From contig JBIJBE010000018.1 in the NCBI GenBank assembly GCA_044345405.1, positions 685 to 64,684 on the forward strand: a DNA stretch of 64,000 nucleotides, in the 5' to 3' direction. Both the position numbers and the translations under genes were made by a program. Position 1 is the first letter of the stretch; each line of letters opens with the position of its first letter. The notes beneath the pieces were generated by a model, which worked only from the letters and a program-made list of their open reading frames with translations, did not search any database and had not been told where the DNA came from. This stretch comes from Bdellovibrionota bacterium. Lineage in GTDB: Bacteria; Bdellovibrionota_C; UBA2361; OMII01. Positions 38,338 to 48,476 of this stretch are shown here, in pieces.

Positions 38338-38611
38338 GGACGTGCTCATATTTTGCGGTATCGGGAGAGCGTGGATGCGTTGGTAGGCGACGGCTAGGTT
38401 CACGTTCACGTACAGGGAGGCGGGGCGGCGTCATCGCTCCACGATAATCATCTCACGCTGGCGGAACTCTGACACTTTCTTTGGTCCAAGTGGCCGTATC
38501 TACGTTGAAAAAGGGTGGCATATCTCTTGCCTTTCCGATCGGTGGGGCAGTGTGTGTCAAAAGACCACCTGTCTCTTGTTTGTAACGAATGTGTACCCGA
38601 GATAGCGCTGA

Positions 38612-39703
38612 ATGGCCTCCGACAGTTTGCCAGAACAAAAAACCGAGATGCCCACCGACCGACGGTTGGGCGAGCTTCGGAAAGAGGGTTCCGTATTCCA
38701 GTCGATCGACGCGGTACACGTGCTCGTCCTGACGGCGGGATTCCTGGCGCTTAACCTCTCTTGGAACCTCCTCTACAACGACATGAGGTACGTCTTCACC
38801 AAGTCCTTCACGATGATAGGTGAGCGTCCATCCTTTGAGCTTAATGACCTCACCAGTGGGTTCATCCGACTTATCTTGTTGGTACTTCCTGATCTCTTGA
38901 TTATTACTGGACTTGTGAGCGTTGTGGCGGTTCTAGCCGTGATGCTTCAGACCAATTGGAACAAGAGAGACAAGTGGATCAAGCTCCGGTGGGATTTCAT
39001 TAATCCCATCAAAGGCCTCCAACGCATCGTCTCAATCTCGGGATTGGTAAACACATTAAAAGCGATCGTTAAGCTCGCGGTAGTGCTCCCTATCGGGTAC
39101 TGGGCCCTCCAGGGTTACGCGCCGATGATGGTGCGTCTCATTCATACGTCGGTCAGGGACGTTCTCGCCTTGACCGGAGACGCCCTCAGCACAGTCTTTT
39201 GGAAGATCATGTATATCTTCGTAGCTCTCGCGATTGTGGATTGGGTATGGGGTAAATTCCAGTGGCTCAAGAAAAACAAGATGACTAAGGAAGAGGTCAA
39301 AGAGGAGCGCAAGTCGATCGAGGGTGACGAGGCGATGCGCCGTAAGATGATCTCGAAGGGAATGGCTCGTATCGCGCAGAAGCTCAAGAAGTCTGTCCCT
39401 CAAGCGGACGTGATCGTCACTAACCCAACTCACTACGCAGTGGCGCTCAAATACGACCGATCTAACCACTCAGCGCCGATCGTGGTGGCGAAGGGAACTG
39501 ACTTCATCGCGCAACGTATCAGAGAGATCGCGAAGGAGCACAACATTCCTATCTTAGAGCGCAAAGCGTTGGCTCGAGCGCTCTACGCCTCGACTGAGGT
39601 AGGTAGTGAGATTCCACGCGACCTCTTCAAGGCGGTCGCCGAGGTTTTAGCGTTCGTATACCGACTTAAGAGACCACGGTCTCGTGGGACAGCGTCATCA
39701 TAG
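38612..39703 (+). CDS. flhB: flagellar export apparatus protein FlhB
   Basis: N-terminus EQKTEMPTDRRLGELRKEGSV. Autocleavage NPTH site (VIVTNPTHYAVAL). Confidence 0.85.
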   Translation: MASDSLPEQKTEMPTDRRLGELRKEGSVFQSIDAVHVLVLTAGFLALNLSWNLLYNDMRYVFTKSFTMIGERPSFELNDLTSGFIRLILLVLPDLLIITGLVSVVAVLAVMLQTNWNKRDKWIKLRWDFINPIKGLQRIVSISGLVNTLKAIVKLAVVLPIGYWALQGYAPMMVRLIHTSVRDVLALTGDALSTVFWKIMYIFVALAIVDWVWGKFQWLKKNKMTKEEVKEERKSIEGDEAMRRKMISKGMARIAQKLKKSVPQADVIVTNPTHYAVALKYDRSNHSAPIVVAKGTDFIAQRIREIAKEHNIPILERKALARALYASTEVGSEIPRDLFKAVAEVLAFVYRLKRPRSRGTASS

Positions 39704-39716
39704 AGGTTTTTGAGAT

Positions 39717-41810
39717 ATGGCTACAGCAGCGACAGCGAAAGTTTCGGCATCCGCTAAATACAATCACCTCCTGGTTCCGGCGGCGATCGTTGGTATTCTC
39801 GCCATCCTTATCTTTCCGTTGCCAACGGCGGTCCTCGATGTGTGTATCGCGCTCAACATAGTTCTCTCTCTTATTATTCTTTTCACCTCTCTCTACGTAG
39901 AGAAACCCCTTCGGTTCTCATCATTTCCAGCGGTTCTTCTGGTGACAACGCTCTTTCGACTCGCGATGAACGTCGCCTCGACCCGTCTTATTCTCCTTAA
40001 CGGTAGCACAGGTATGGATGCCGCGGGCCATGTGATCCAAGCCTTCGGCCAATTCGTGGTTGGCGGTAACTACATCATCGGAATCGTGATGTTCATCTGT
40101 ATCAACCTAGTCAACCTCAAAGTGTTAACGAAAGGTTCCTCCCGTATCGCTGAGGTAGCCGCTCGGTTCACCCTCGACGCGATGCCTGGTAAGCAGATGG
40201 CGGTAGACTCCGATCTCAATATCGGACTTATCACGGATAAAGAGGCTCGAGCTCGTCGTAAGGAACTCTCGCAAGAGGCTGAGTTCTACGGAGCTATGGA
40301 CGGTGCCGCGAAATTCGTGGCGGGAGACGCCGTAGCGGCTCTCTTTCTTGTCGGTATCAACATCGTTGGCGGACTCCTTATCGGTGTCATCCAAGCCGGC
40401 ATGGATTGGAAAGAAGCGGCTCAAACGTACACCATCTTGACCATCGGTGAGGGACTCGTCGCTCAGTTACCTTCGATTATTATCTCCGCCGCGGCTGGTC
40501 TTATCGTCGCTCGCGCCGCGTCAGGTGAGGACCTTGGAAACGAACTCGTCGGACAGCTCGGACAAAACGCTAAGCCGCTCTTCTTGACCTCAGGTGTATC
40601 GTTCGCGATGGCGGTACTTCCTGGACTTCCGTTCATTCCCTTCATGCTCCTCGCTATTGGTACCGGTGTTCTCGGGTTTATGAAGAGGAAGACCGCCGAG
40701 GAGGTAAGGATCAAGGCCGAGGCTGAGGAGAAGACTAAGCTCCCTGAGAGCGCGGGGCCTAAACCAGGTAGCACTGAGGAGGTCACCAATCTTCTCGCGG
40801 TCGATACCCTTGAGCTTGAGGTTGGGTACGAGCTCGTTCAAGTTGTTGAGGGTGGAGACCTCGTCGAGCGAATTCGCTCTATTCGCCGCCAGTTCGCTAT
40901 CGATTACGGATTCATCGTTCCTCCGATTCACATCCGGGACAACGTGCGCATTAAATCGAATGAGTACCGATTCATGTTGAAGAACACCGTCATCGGTTTC
41001 GGTACACTCAAACCTCACTACATGCTCGCGATGGATCCGGGTAACGTCTCTAACCCAGTCAATGGAATTCCGACCAAGGAACCCTCCTTCGGCCTGGACG
41101 CTCTCTGGATCTCAGAGGCGGATAAGGAGCGCGCGCAGTTCGCTGGATACACCGTGGTGGATCTCTCGACCGTTGTCACGACGCACATCACTGAGCTTGT
41201 GCGATCGCATATGCACGAGCTTCTTGGTCGTCAGGAGGTTCAACATCTTATTGACAACATGCAGAAGCAAGCTCCGAAGGTTGTTGAGGAGCTCATCCCC
41301 GGAATTATGTCTATCGGCGCGGTACAGCAGGTTTTGGCGAATCTTTTGCGTGAACAGGTGAGTATCCGAGACCTTCGCACCGTGCTTGAGACGTTGGCTG
41401 ATTGGGCGCCTTCCGTGAAGAGTCCAGAGAAGCTGGCTGAGTTCGTGCGCCGTAATTTTTCGCGAGCGATAACCTCGAAATACACCACCCCCGATGGGGT
41501 CCTTCCGTTGGTCAACCTTACCGCTGGTCTTGAGCGTGAGATGGGGGAAGCGCTCCAACAAACGGATGAGGGATCGTTCCTAGCTCTTGAGCCCGGTCTC
41601 GCGCAGATGATTATTAACAAACTCGCGCGCGCCTCTGAGAAGTTTGGAGAGATTGGACAAACGCCGGTGCTCCTTGCGCCCGCGCATCTTCGTCCCGCGG
41701 TTTTCAATTTTGTGGACCGATTCGCGCCTGGATACGCGGTAATTAGTCATAACGAGGTCGCTCCTAATACCAAGGTCCAATCCCTTGGCGTTATCGGGAT
41801 GGACGACTAG
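39717..41810 (+). CDS. flhA: flagellar export apparatus protein FlhA
   Basis: 697 aa. Conserved FHIPxxxL-type N-terminal TM region and the FlhA cytoplasmic domain. Confidence 0.9.
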   Translation: MATAATAKVSASAKYNHLLVPAAIVGILAILIFPLPTAVLDVCIALNIVLSLIILFTSLYVEKPLRFSSFPAVLLVTTLFRLAMNVASTRLILLNGSTGMDAAGHVIQAFGQFVVGGNYIIGIVMFICINLVNLKVLTKGSSRIAEVAARFTLDAMPGKQMAVDSDLNIGLITDKEARARRKELSQEAEFYGAMDGAAKFVAGDAVAALFLVGINIVGGLLIGVIQAGMDWKEAAQTYTILTIGEGLVAQLPSIIISAAAGLIVARAASGEDLGNELVGQLGQNAKPLFLTSGVSFAMAVLPGLPFIPFMLLAIGTGVLGFMKRKTAEEVRIKAEAEEKTKLPESAGPKPGSTEEVTNLLAVDTLELEVGYELVQVVEGGDLVERIRSIRRQFAIDYGFIVPPIHIRDNVRIKSNEYRFMLKNTVIGFGTLKPHYMLAMDPGNVSNPVNGIPTKEPSFGLDALWISEADKERAQFAGYTVVDLSTVVTTHITELVRSHMHELLGRQEVQHLIDNMQKQAPKVVEELIPGIMSIGAVQQVLANLLREQVSIRDLRTVLETLADWAPSVKSPEKLAEFVRRNFSRAITSKYTTPDGVLPLVNLTAGLEREMGEALQQTDEGSFLALEPGLAQMIINKLARASEKFGEIGQTPVLLAPAHLRPAVFNFVDRFAPGYAVISHNEVAPNTKVQSLGVIGMDD

Positions 41811-41947
41811 GGGAATTAGGAGTGAGGAATTGCGACACGGTTTCTAGGGTGGTTAGTGAGAGAAGGGGCCCACGGACAGAGAGTTAGGACGCAAACGGGG
41901 GCTCATGAGGGATTTAAGGAAGATAGGCGAGTCAGAACGGTAGAGAT

Positions 41948-42871
41948 ATGAATCAAAACAAGGAGCATAGAGGCATGCAGCACGCACCTGGATCACGGAT
42001 GGTCATGGAAAAGCAAATAAAATCAGCCAGTAAGGGCCCGCGTTCGGTGACACGAGTCATTAGCGTTACGAGTGGAAAGGGAGGGGTTGGAAAGACCCAT
42101 ACCGTGACTAACTTGGGGATCTCATTGGCTTCTTTGGGCTATTCCGTCCTGGTCCTCGACGCTGATCTCGGATTAGCGAATGTAGATGTGCTCCTGAATC
42201 TAAAGCCGCAAGGAACATTGCACGATGTACTAAAGGGATCGCTGCGTCTGGACGATATACTCCTTGAGGGGCCGGGTGGCATTTCCATCATTCCGGCCGC
42301 AAGTGGTGTTGAAGAGCTCCATGAGCTTCGGTCTGAAGAGAAGTTACTGCTGTTGGAGGAGATAGAGAGGATTGCTCATCGCTATGACTATCTTCTCATC
42401 GATACCCCGGCGGGAATTGGCTCAGACGTTATGTACTTCAACAGCGCGGCGGCTGAGGTAGTTTGTGTAATTAATGGTGAGCCGACATCTCTCACCGACA
42501 CGTACGCGCTCATCAAGGTTTTGAGCACGACGTATGGTGAAAAGAATTTTTCGGTAGTGGTGAACAACGTTGCTGATGAAACTGAAGCGGCGGCGGCATT
42601 TAAAAAGTTGACCCGAACGGTAGAGAGGTTTTTGAAGGTTAAGGTGCGTTACCTCGGATGGGTTCCGGCTGACGGAATGGTTCGAGAATGTGTGATGCAG
42701 CAGCAAGCTATCTCCGCGGATTTTCCGTCGAGTAAGGCTTCATTATCGCTCGCTGCTATCGCCCGCAAGGTAGCTGATCAAAAACCTGAAGTGACGGTGA
42801 AAGGAGGAATGCAATTCTTCTTTCGACAACTTCTGGAGATGACGTCGTATGGCGAAGAAGCAAGCTACTAA
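41948..42871 (+). CDS. flhG: MinD/ParA-family flagellar number regulator FlhG (FleN)
   Basis: Deviant Walker A (VTSGKGGVGKTH) and MinD-like core. Located immediately after flhA. Confidence 0.7.
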   Translation: MNQNKEHRGMQHAPGSRMVMEKQIKSASKGPRSVTRVISVTSGKGGVGKTHTVTNLGISLASLGYSVLVLDADLGLANVDVLLNLKPQGTLHDVLKGSLRLDDILLEGPGGISIIPAASGVEELHELRSEEKLLLLEEIERIAHRYDYLLIDTPAGIGSDVMYFNSAAAEVVCVINGEPTSLTDTYALIKVLSTTYGEKNFSVVVNNVADETEAAAAFKKLTRTVERFLKVKVRYLGWVPADGMVRECVMQQQAISADFPSSKASLSLAAIARKVADQKPEVTVKGGMQFFFRQLLEMTSYGEEASY

Positions 42872-43097
42872 GAAGAAGGTCGCGCGATCCAATCGGTTCG
42901 TGTTTTTAAAGACCCTCTGCTGCGTAACGATCTTAGCGGCATGTTTCATTCTGTTTATCGGCGGCGTTCGCGAAGGAGTACGAACGAGTAAAATCATCTA
43001 TCACTGCGTGGCGGCGTCATTCGGGATAGGAACGGTTTTCGGGGTCGCGCTCTGGGCAATGACGAACTATGAGGAGATAAACGGTGGTCAAGCCTAA
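42849..43097 (+). CDS. small two-TM hypothetical protein between flhG and fliA
   Basis: 82-aa ORF with Lys-rich N-terminus and 2 hydrophobic helices. Fills the flhG-fliA gap. Confidence 0.3.
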   Translation: MAKKQATKKKVARSNRFVFLKTLCCVTILAACFILFIGGVREGVRTSKIIYHCVAASFGIGTVFGVALWAMTNYEEINGGQA

Positions 43098-43833
43098 ACG
43101 TTCAGCCGTAGAAGCATACAGAAACATCGACGAGTTCGAGCGCGAAGAGCTCATTCGTAGCTACTTGCCCCTGGTGAAGAAGGTTGTTCACCGCTTGTCA
43201 GGACGACTTCCAAAGGACGTCGACCTTCAAGAGATGCTCAACTCCGGAATTATCGGACTCGTTGACGCCCTTGAGAAATACGACTCAAAGCACGAGACGA
43301 ACTTCAGCACCTACGCCCAGTTCCGTATCCGAGGAGCGATCCTTGATAGCTTCCGCTCACAGGATTGGTTGCCCCGTTCTCTCCGCTTCAAGTCTCACAA
43401 AATCGAGCAGGCCTACCATCGTATCGAGCAGCGACTCGGTCGTCCGGCGTCGGATGAGGAGGTAGCGAGCGAGCTTGGTGTGTCGATTGACGAGCTTCAA
43501 AGCCTCTTAGGCGAGGTTGGAAGCATCGTGATGTTGAGCTTCGAGGAGCTTGGCTTTGGTCACGGAGAGGAGCGATTCCAGGCTGAGGATTGGCTCGCGA
43601 GCAAGGGACAAGATCCGCTTAATAGACTCCTTGGGCATGAGAAGGTCGGGGTGATCGCGCGCGCTCTCGATCGACTCCCCGAGAAAGAGCGATTGGTCAT
43701 CAGTCTCTACTTCTATGAGGAATTAAACCTGAAAGAGATCGGTGAGATCCTTGGTGTGACTGAGTCCCGAGCGTCTCAGATCCGGTCTCGAGCACTTATT
43801 CGCCTTAAGAATTACTTACGCAAAGCGGTATAG
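43084..43833 (+). CDS. fliA: RNA polymerase sigma-28 factor FliA
   Basis: GTG start. Regions 2, 3 and 4 present (LVKKVVHRL..., DLQEMLNSGIIGLVDALEKYD, LKEIGEILGVTESRASQIRSRAL). Confidence 0.85.
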   Translation: MVKPKRSAVEAYRNIDEFEREELIRSYLPLVKKVVHRLSGRLPKDVDLQEMLNSGIIGLVDALEKYDSKHETNFSTYAQFRIRGAILDSFRSQDWLPRSLRFKSHKIEQAYHRIEQRLGRPASDEEVASELGVSIDELQSLLGEVGSIVMLSFEELGFGHGEERFQAEDWLASKGQDPLNRLLGHEKVGVIARALDRLPEKERLVISLYFYEELNLKEIGEILGVTESRASQIRSRALIRLKNYLRKAV

Positions 43834-43926
43834 CGGTCGCGGCCCGCCTTCCACGGTGTGTTGTTGCTCCAGCGGTATCAGCTTGCCCGACTGGAGCTGT
43901 AAGAGAACTACCTATTTCGAGACGAG

Positions 43927-45090
43927 GTGCTTGTGGCTACGGAAAGGTCCCTAGAACGAGTTATCATTCTGCATGGCTCCTCTCCTCAGGAGAACGAGGC
44001 GGTCGCGGACCTCGCGAAGGTGATCCCTCAGTCTGAGGTGGTGGAGGCTCATACTCTGGATGACTACCTCTCCGCTCTCAAGAAGCAGGACTTCGATGTA
44101 GTCGTTCTCGACTACGATATGCCGGAGGTGCAAACCAAGGAGCTTTTGGCGCAACTGAAACTTAGGGATAATGAGCCTGATGTCCTTCTTGTCTCCACAT
44201 GTAGCGACCCAGCCACCATTCGTAGCATCGCTAAAGCCCAGAAAAGGTACGTAGTTCGCGAGGAAGGATGGGTCGACTCGATGGGGCACGCGATTCGCGA
44301 CATGCTGCGCATACGACGTCTTGAGGAGGAGATGGCGCAGATTCGAGCTCGGCTCACGGAGGCCAATCAGAAGCTTGAGGCCCGAAATCGACGACTCGAC
44401 GACTTCTGCGCGACGATCGCGCACGACATTCGTGGCCCGCTGGCGGGACTTATTTTAAAGGTTGAGTACATCCTTGAGACGCAAGGCGCGAACTTTGATG
44501 ACCGAACGGTCGGTCTTCTCAAACGCTCGGTGGAGTCGACTCGGCGTCTCGTCGGCGTGGTACAAGCCATGTATGAGTTCGCCAAGATAGGATTCAGTGG
44601 GGCTAAATTCTCCCCTACACCCCTTACGCCCCTCGTTCGAGAGGTCATGGCCGACATCAACATCGATCACTCCGAGGATGTTGGCGTGAGGATGCATGAT
44701 CTTCCCGTAGTTTGGGGGAATGCCGACCTTTTGAGTCGGGTCTTTCAGAATCTCTTTACGAACGCCATCAAGTACAACCACCGTGAGAAAGTTGAGATAT
44801 CGATATCGTTCGATGGCATCGTTCAACGAGGTATCGGAGAGTTCGCGCAGATAACGGTCGCTGATAACGGACCGGGGATCTCTCCGAGTGACTCAGGTCG
44901 GGTGTTTAATATGTTTTCTCGAGGAAACGGAGCTGACCGAGGCTCAGAGGGGCTTGGAATAGGTCTCGCCATCGTTCAGCGAATCGTTGAATTACACCAC
45001 GGTCAGATAGAGTTGACCTCCCAGCCGGATGAGGGGGCTCGATTCACGATATTCTTACCGACCGGACCTATCGAGCCATTTAAGGTGTAG
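43927..45090 (+). CDS. hybrid sensor histidine kinase with N-terminal receiver-like domain
   Basis: GTG start. REC-like domain (VVVLDYDMPE), H-box ATIAHDIRGPLAGL, N/G1/G2 boxes (NAIKYN, DNGPGI, GLGIGL). Confidence 0.75.
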   Translation: MLVATERSLERVIILHGSSPQENEAVADLAKVIPQSEVVEAHTLDDYLSALKKQDFDVVVLDYDMPEVQTKELLAQLKLRDNEPDVLLVSTCSDPATIRSIAKAQKRYVVREEGWVDSMGHAIRDMLRIRRLEEEMAQIRARLTEANQKLEARNRRLDDFCATIAHDIRGPLAGLILKVEYILETQGANFDDRTVGLLKRSVESTRRLVGVVQAMYEFAKIGFSGAKFSPTPLTPLVREVMADINIDHSEDVGVRMHDLPVVWGNADLLSRVFQNLFTNAIKYNHREKVEISISFDGIVQRGIGEFAQITVADNGPGISPSDSGRVFNMFSRGNGADRGSEGLGIGLAIVQRIVELHHGQIELTSQPDEGARFTIFLPTGPIEPFKV

Positions 45091-45493
45091 GGTGAGCTCG
45101 CCTCACGTAGAGATACGTGACGCCGAGCAGAGCCGCCCACGTCATCGCGATAGCGAGAAAAAGTCCACCATTCAAAACGGGGAGCTGTTGAGCGACAACG
45201 GCTTTGAGCGTCACGCAGAAATCGAGAAAATTTCCCACCAGAAGGGTGAAGATAACCCCTGGGTGTCTGAGGGGATGAAGCGCGGCGAGCCCGGCGCCAA
45301 AGGCGAGGGCAAGAAGGTAGGCCCCCAGAGCGCCAAAGGCCACCTGAAGCTCGGACGACAGCGCGGCGCTCGGCAGCCCTGAGACCAAGAGCCACGAGAC
45401 TGGGTAGAAAATAGCCGAGAGGCCGCACGCCCCAAAGTACGCCACACTTGCCCACAAAACGGTTCTTACAAACTTTTGTTGAGTATCGTTCAT
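45080..45493 (-). CDS. small polytopic membrane protein
   Basis: Start trimmed to MNDTQQKF with GGAGGCGAGG RBS; 4 TM helices. Confidence 0.5.
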   Translation of the reverse strand: MNDTQQKFVRTVLWASVAYFGACGLSAIFYPVSWLLVSGLPSAALSSELQVAFGALGAYLLALAFGAGLAALHPLRHPGVIFTLLVGNFLDFCVTLKAVVAQQLPVLNGGLFLAIAMTWAALLGVTYLYVRRAHPTP

Positions 45494-45536
45494 ATCCTCG
45501 CCTCCGTATGGCTTCCTAACCCCCAGTCTACGGGGT

Positions 45537-46346
45537 ATGCTTTCCAGGACGAAAGACCTCAAAACAAGGAAAGCGCTCGTGACGAAGATTGACCTACAAG
45601 GAAAGTGCGTATGGCTGACCGGGGCCAGTAGCGGTATCGGGGAGGCTCTGGCGTATGAGTTGGCTCGCCGTGGGGCTCGGGTCGCGATAACGGCCCGCCG
45701 AAAGGAGCTTCTCGATGACATCGTCGCCAAGATAGTCGCCGCCAACGGGGAGGCGCGTAGTTTCCCCGGGGACGTGCTCAACCTGGAGGAGATGAAGGGA
45801 GTAGTTGATGCGATCGAGAAGGAGATGGGCCCGATCGACCTCGCGATACCGAACGCTGGAACCCATCTATTTTCAAAGCCCGAACAGTTCGATAGCTCCG
45901 AATATCTCTCGATCATGCAACTTAATTTTGGAGGGGTTCTGCACTGTCTCGAGGCTGTTATCCCGCGGATGTTGCTGAGAGGTGGTGGTCACCTCGCCCC
46001 CGTGGCGAGTTTGGCAGGATACCGTGGGCTTCCTCGGGCAGCCGCGTACGGAGCGAGTAAGTCGGCTTTGATCCACTTCCTTGAGAGTATCCGTTTTCAC
46101 CTGCAACCCAAAGGGATCGCTATCTCGATCGTGAATCCAGGATTCGTGAAGACTCCGCTTACCGATAAGAACGATTTCTTCATGCCGTTTCTGGTCTCGG
46201 CCGAACGAGCGGCTAAGATAATCTGTAATGGGATAGAGCGTGGAAAACGAACTATCGCGTTTCCGATACCGTTCTCCTGGATAGTTGGACTCGGGAAATT
46301 TCTCCCCGCGCCGGTCTATGAAAAGATAGTGAATCAATTGTGGTAA
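45537..46346 (+). CDS. short-chain dehydrogenase/reductase (SDR)
   Basis: TGASSGIG cofactor motif; YxxxK (YGASK) active site. Confidence 0.8.
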   Translation: MLSRTKDLKTRKALVTKIDLQGKCVWLTGASSGIGEALAYELARRGARVAITARRKELLDDIVAKIVAANGEARSFPGDVLNLEEMKGVVDAIEKEMGPIDLAIPNAGTHLFSKPEQFDSSEYLSIMQLNFGGVLHCLEAVIPRMLLRGGGHLAPVASLAGYRGLPRAAAYGASKSALIHFLESIRFHLQPKGIAISIVNPGFVKTPLTDKNDFFMPFLVSAERAAKIICNGIERGKRTIAFPIPFSWIVGLGKFLPAPVYEKIVNQLW

Positions 46347-47614
46347 ACGAATCGAGCAAAAATATCCTCGTGGTGGGGGGAGGGATCTCCGGCATCACCG
46401 CCGCGTACGTTCTCTCACGGCGTCACAATGTTACCCTCTTAGAGAGGAACGGGTACCTTGGTGGTCACACGAACACCAGGGTTGTCGAGGATCCAAGTAA
46501 CCCCGAGCTCTCCGTTGATACCGGGTTCATCGTCTGCAATCCTCGCAATTACACCAATTTTTACACCTTCCTCGATCAGCTTGGGGTGGCTCGTCAGGAT
46601 TCGGACATGTCGTTCGGCTTCTCCTGTGAGCGGACCGGGCTTCAGTACATGGGGCCATCCGTGAAGGAGTTCCTTATGGCGCCGGGCAACCTGCTCAATC
46701 CGAGATTTCTCGGAATGATACTTGAGCAGCAGCGTTTTAATCGGCGAGCGCTCAAAGATCTTCGGGAGGGGAGGTTGGGGGAACAACCCCTCGGTGAGTA
46801 CCTGCGATCGGTTGGTGCGAGCCAGTATTTCTTCGACCACTACTTAGCTCCCTTGATCGGCTCGATATGGTCCGCTCCTGACTCGAATGCCCTTGAGTTT
46901 CCCGCGCTTTCGTTCTTCACCTTCTTCCAGAATCACGGGATGCTTGAGCTGAGTAAGCGTCCCCAGTGGCAGACGATCGTTGGTGGAAGTCACGCGTATC
47001 TTAAAGCTTTTAGAGGCGCGTTCACGGGACGCCTGCGCATAGGAGCGCCGGCTCAAGCGATCTCTCGTGATGAGAAGGGCGTGGTTGTCGCTCTTCAAGG
47101 AGGGGAACCAGAGCGATACGACGCTGTTGTGATCGCGACACACGCCGATGAGGCGCTCAAGCTTCTCGCGGATCCGAGTCCCGAAGAGAAAGCCGCTCTT
47201 GGAAGTTGGGGATACAGCACGAACCGTACGGTTCTCCACACGGACGCAACCGTTCTTGGCCCACGACGACGGCTGTGGGCGGCGTGGAACTATCGTCGCC
47301 GCATGAACGCTCGGGCTGATTCGCCTGTGGCGATCACCTACTACATGAATAAGCTCCAGCGTCTCAAAGCGCGGCGAGATTACTTCGTAACGCTCAACGC
47401 CCTTGAGGATATCGATCCCCGTTCGGTGCTTTACGAAGTTGAATACACGCATCCGATATACACGCCTCAATCCCCAGTAAGTCAGAAAGCGATCGGCGAT
47501 CTGAACGGGACGCGGAACACCTATTTTTGTGGAGCCTACATGCGCTACGGCTTCCATGAAGATGGCGTGATCTCAGCTTTAGAGGTCACCCGGCGAATGG
47601 GAATGTCATTATGA
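46340..47614 (+). CDS. FAD-dependent oxidoreductase, amine-oxidase/phytoene-desaturase-like
   Basis: N-terminal dinucleotide fold VVGGGISGITAAYVL..LERN..GG. Confidence 0.8.
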   Translation: MVNESSKNILVVGGGISGITAAYVLSRRHNVTLLERNGYLGGHTNTRVVEDPSNPELSVDTGFIVCNPRNYTNFYTFLDQLGVARQDSDMSFGFSCERTGLQYMGPSVKEFLMAPGNLLNPRFLGMILEQQRFNRRALKDLREGRLGEQPLGEYLRSVGASQYFFDHYLAPLIGSIWSAPDSNALEFPALSFFTFFQNHGMLELSKRPQWQTIVGGSHAYLKAFRGAFTGRLRIGAPAQAISRDEKGVVVALQGGEPERYDAVVIATHADEALKLLADPSPEEKAALGSWGYSTNRTVLHTDATVLGPRRRLWAAWNYRRRMNARADSPVAITYYMNKLQRLKARRDYFVTLNALEDIDPRSVLYEVEYTHPIYTPQSPVSQKAIGDLNGTRNTYFCGAYMRYGFHEDGVISALEVTRRMGMSL

Positions 47615-48432
47615 AGTCCCGAGTGGTGTGGGGCTCCGTCGCCCATTGGCGCAAGGCGCCACGGGAGCACTCGTTTACCTATCCCGTCTTCACATTTGCG
47701 TTTGATGTTGATGAGCTCCTCACCCTCTCTATCGCTCCACGCCTTGTTGCCTTCGAGAAGAGGGCGATTCTGAGCGTTCGCTCGGCGGACTACCTTGAAG
47801 GAGAGGGAAGCTTACGAGAAAAGGTTGAGCGTGTGCTTCAGGGGCATGGATGCCATGACAAGCCCGCGCGTATTACCCTCATCACCTCTCCGCGCTACTT
47901 TGGGTACGTGTTTAATCCCGTGAGTTTCTTTGCCTGCTTTGATTCGAACGATCGCGTGATCGGACTCATTACGCAGGTAAACAACACCTTTGGCGATACC
48001 CACGTGTATCCGTTGGTATGCTCTCCCTCGGAGATGCCAGCGGTGTGGCGATTTTCCAAGGACTTCTTCGTATCCCCGTTTTTCAACATGGAGGGAACGT
48101 ATGAGGTCGCTCTTGAGTCGGAAGGGGAGGAGCTCTCCATTCGCGTCGACTTACATAAGGAGGGGGAGAAGATCTTCGCGGCTAACCTTCGCGGGGATGC
48201 TCGGACCCTTTCTCGGCGCCAAGTGTTCGCAACCCTTAGGAAATTTCCTATAACATCGCTGCTGACGATGCCACGGATTCACGGACAAGCGATGCGGCTT
48301 TACTTTAAGGCCCACGCAAATGTGTATACGCGACCCGATCCCAGGAGTTCCTATACTATTAGGTCGAAACAGAATATCATTCATCGGTCCCGGCTCGCGC
48401 TCCTCTCGCTCTTGCGGAAGGCGAGGAGCTGA
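47611..48432 (+). CDS. DUF1365 family protein
   Basis: 273 aa, 4-nt overlap with the upstream oxidase. Conserved neighbour of amine-oxidase and CFA-synthase genes. Confidence 0.7.
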   Translation: MKSRVVWGSVAHWRKAPREHSFTYPVFTFAFDVDELLTLSIAPRLVAFEKRAILSVRSADYLEGEGSLREKVERVLQGHGCHDKPARITLITSPRYFGYVFNPVSFFACFDSNDRVIGLITQVNNTFGDTHVYPLVCSPSEMPAVWRFSKDFFVSPFFNMEGTYEVALESEGEELSIRVDLHKEGEKIFAANLRGDARTLSRRQVFATLRKFPITSLLTMPRIHGQAMRLYFKAHANVYTRPDPRSSYTIRSKQNIIHRSRLALLSLLRKARS

Positions 48433-48476
48433 CCTCACTCACTACCATGCGTTGGTTTTAATCGTAGGAAGTACAC

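Noticed and set aside
32006-43833. Considered whether the FliP/Q/R-FlhB-FlhA block is a type III secretion injectisome rather than a flagellum.
   Set aside because: MotA/MotB, FliL, FliM/FliN switch proteins, FlhG and the sigma-28 FliA are all co-located, which is flagellum-specific.
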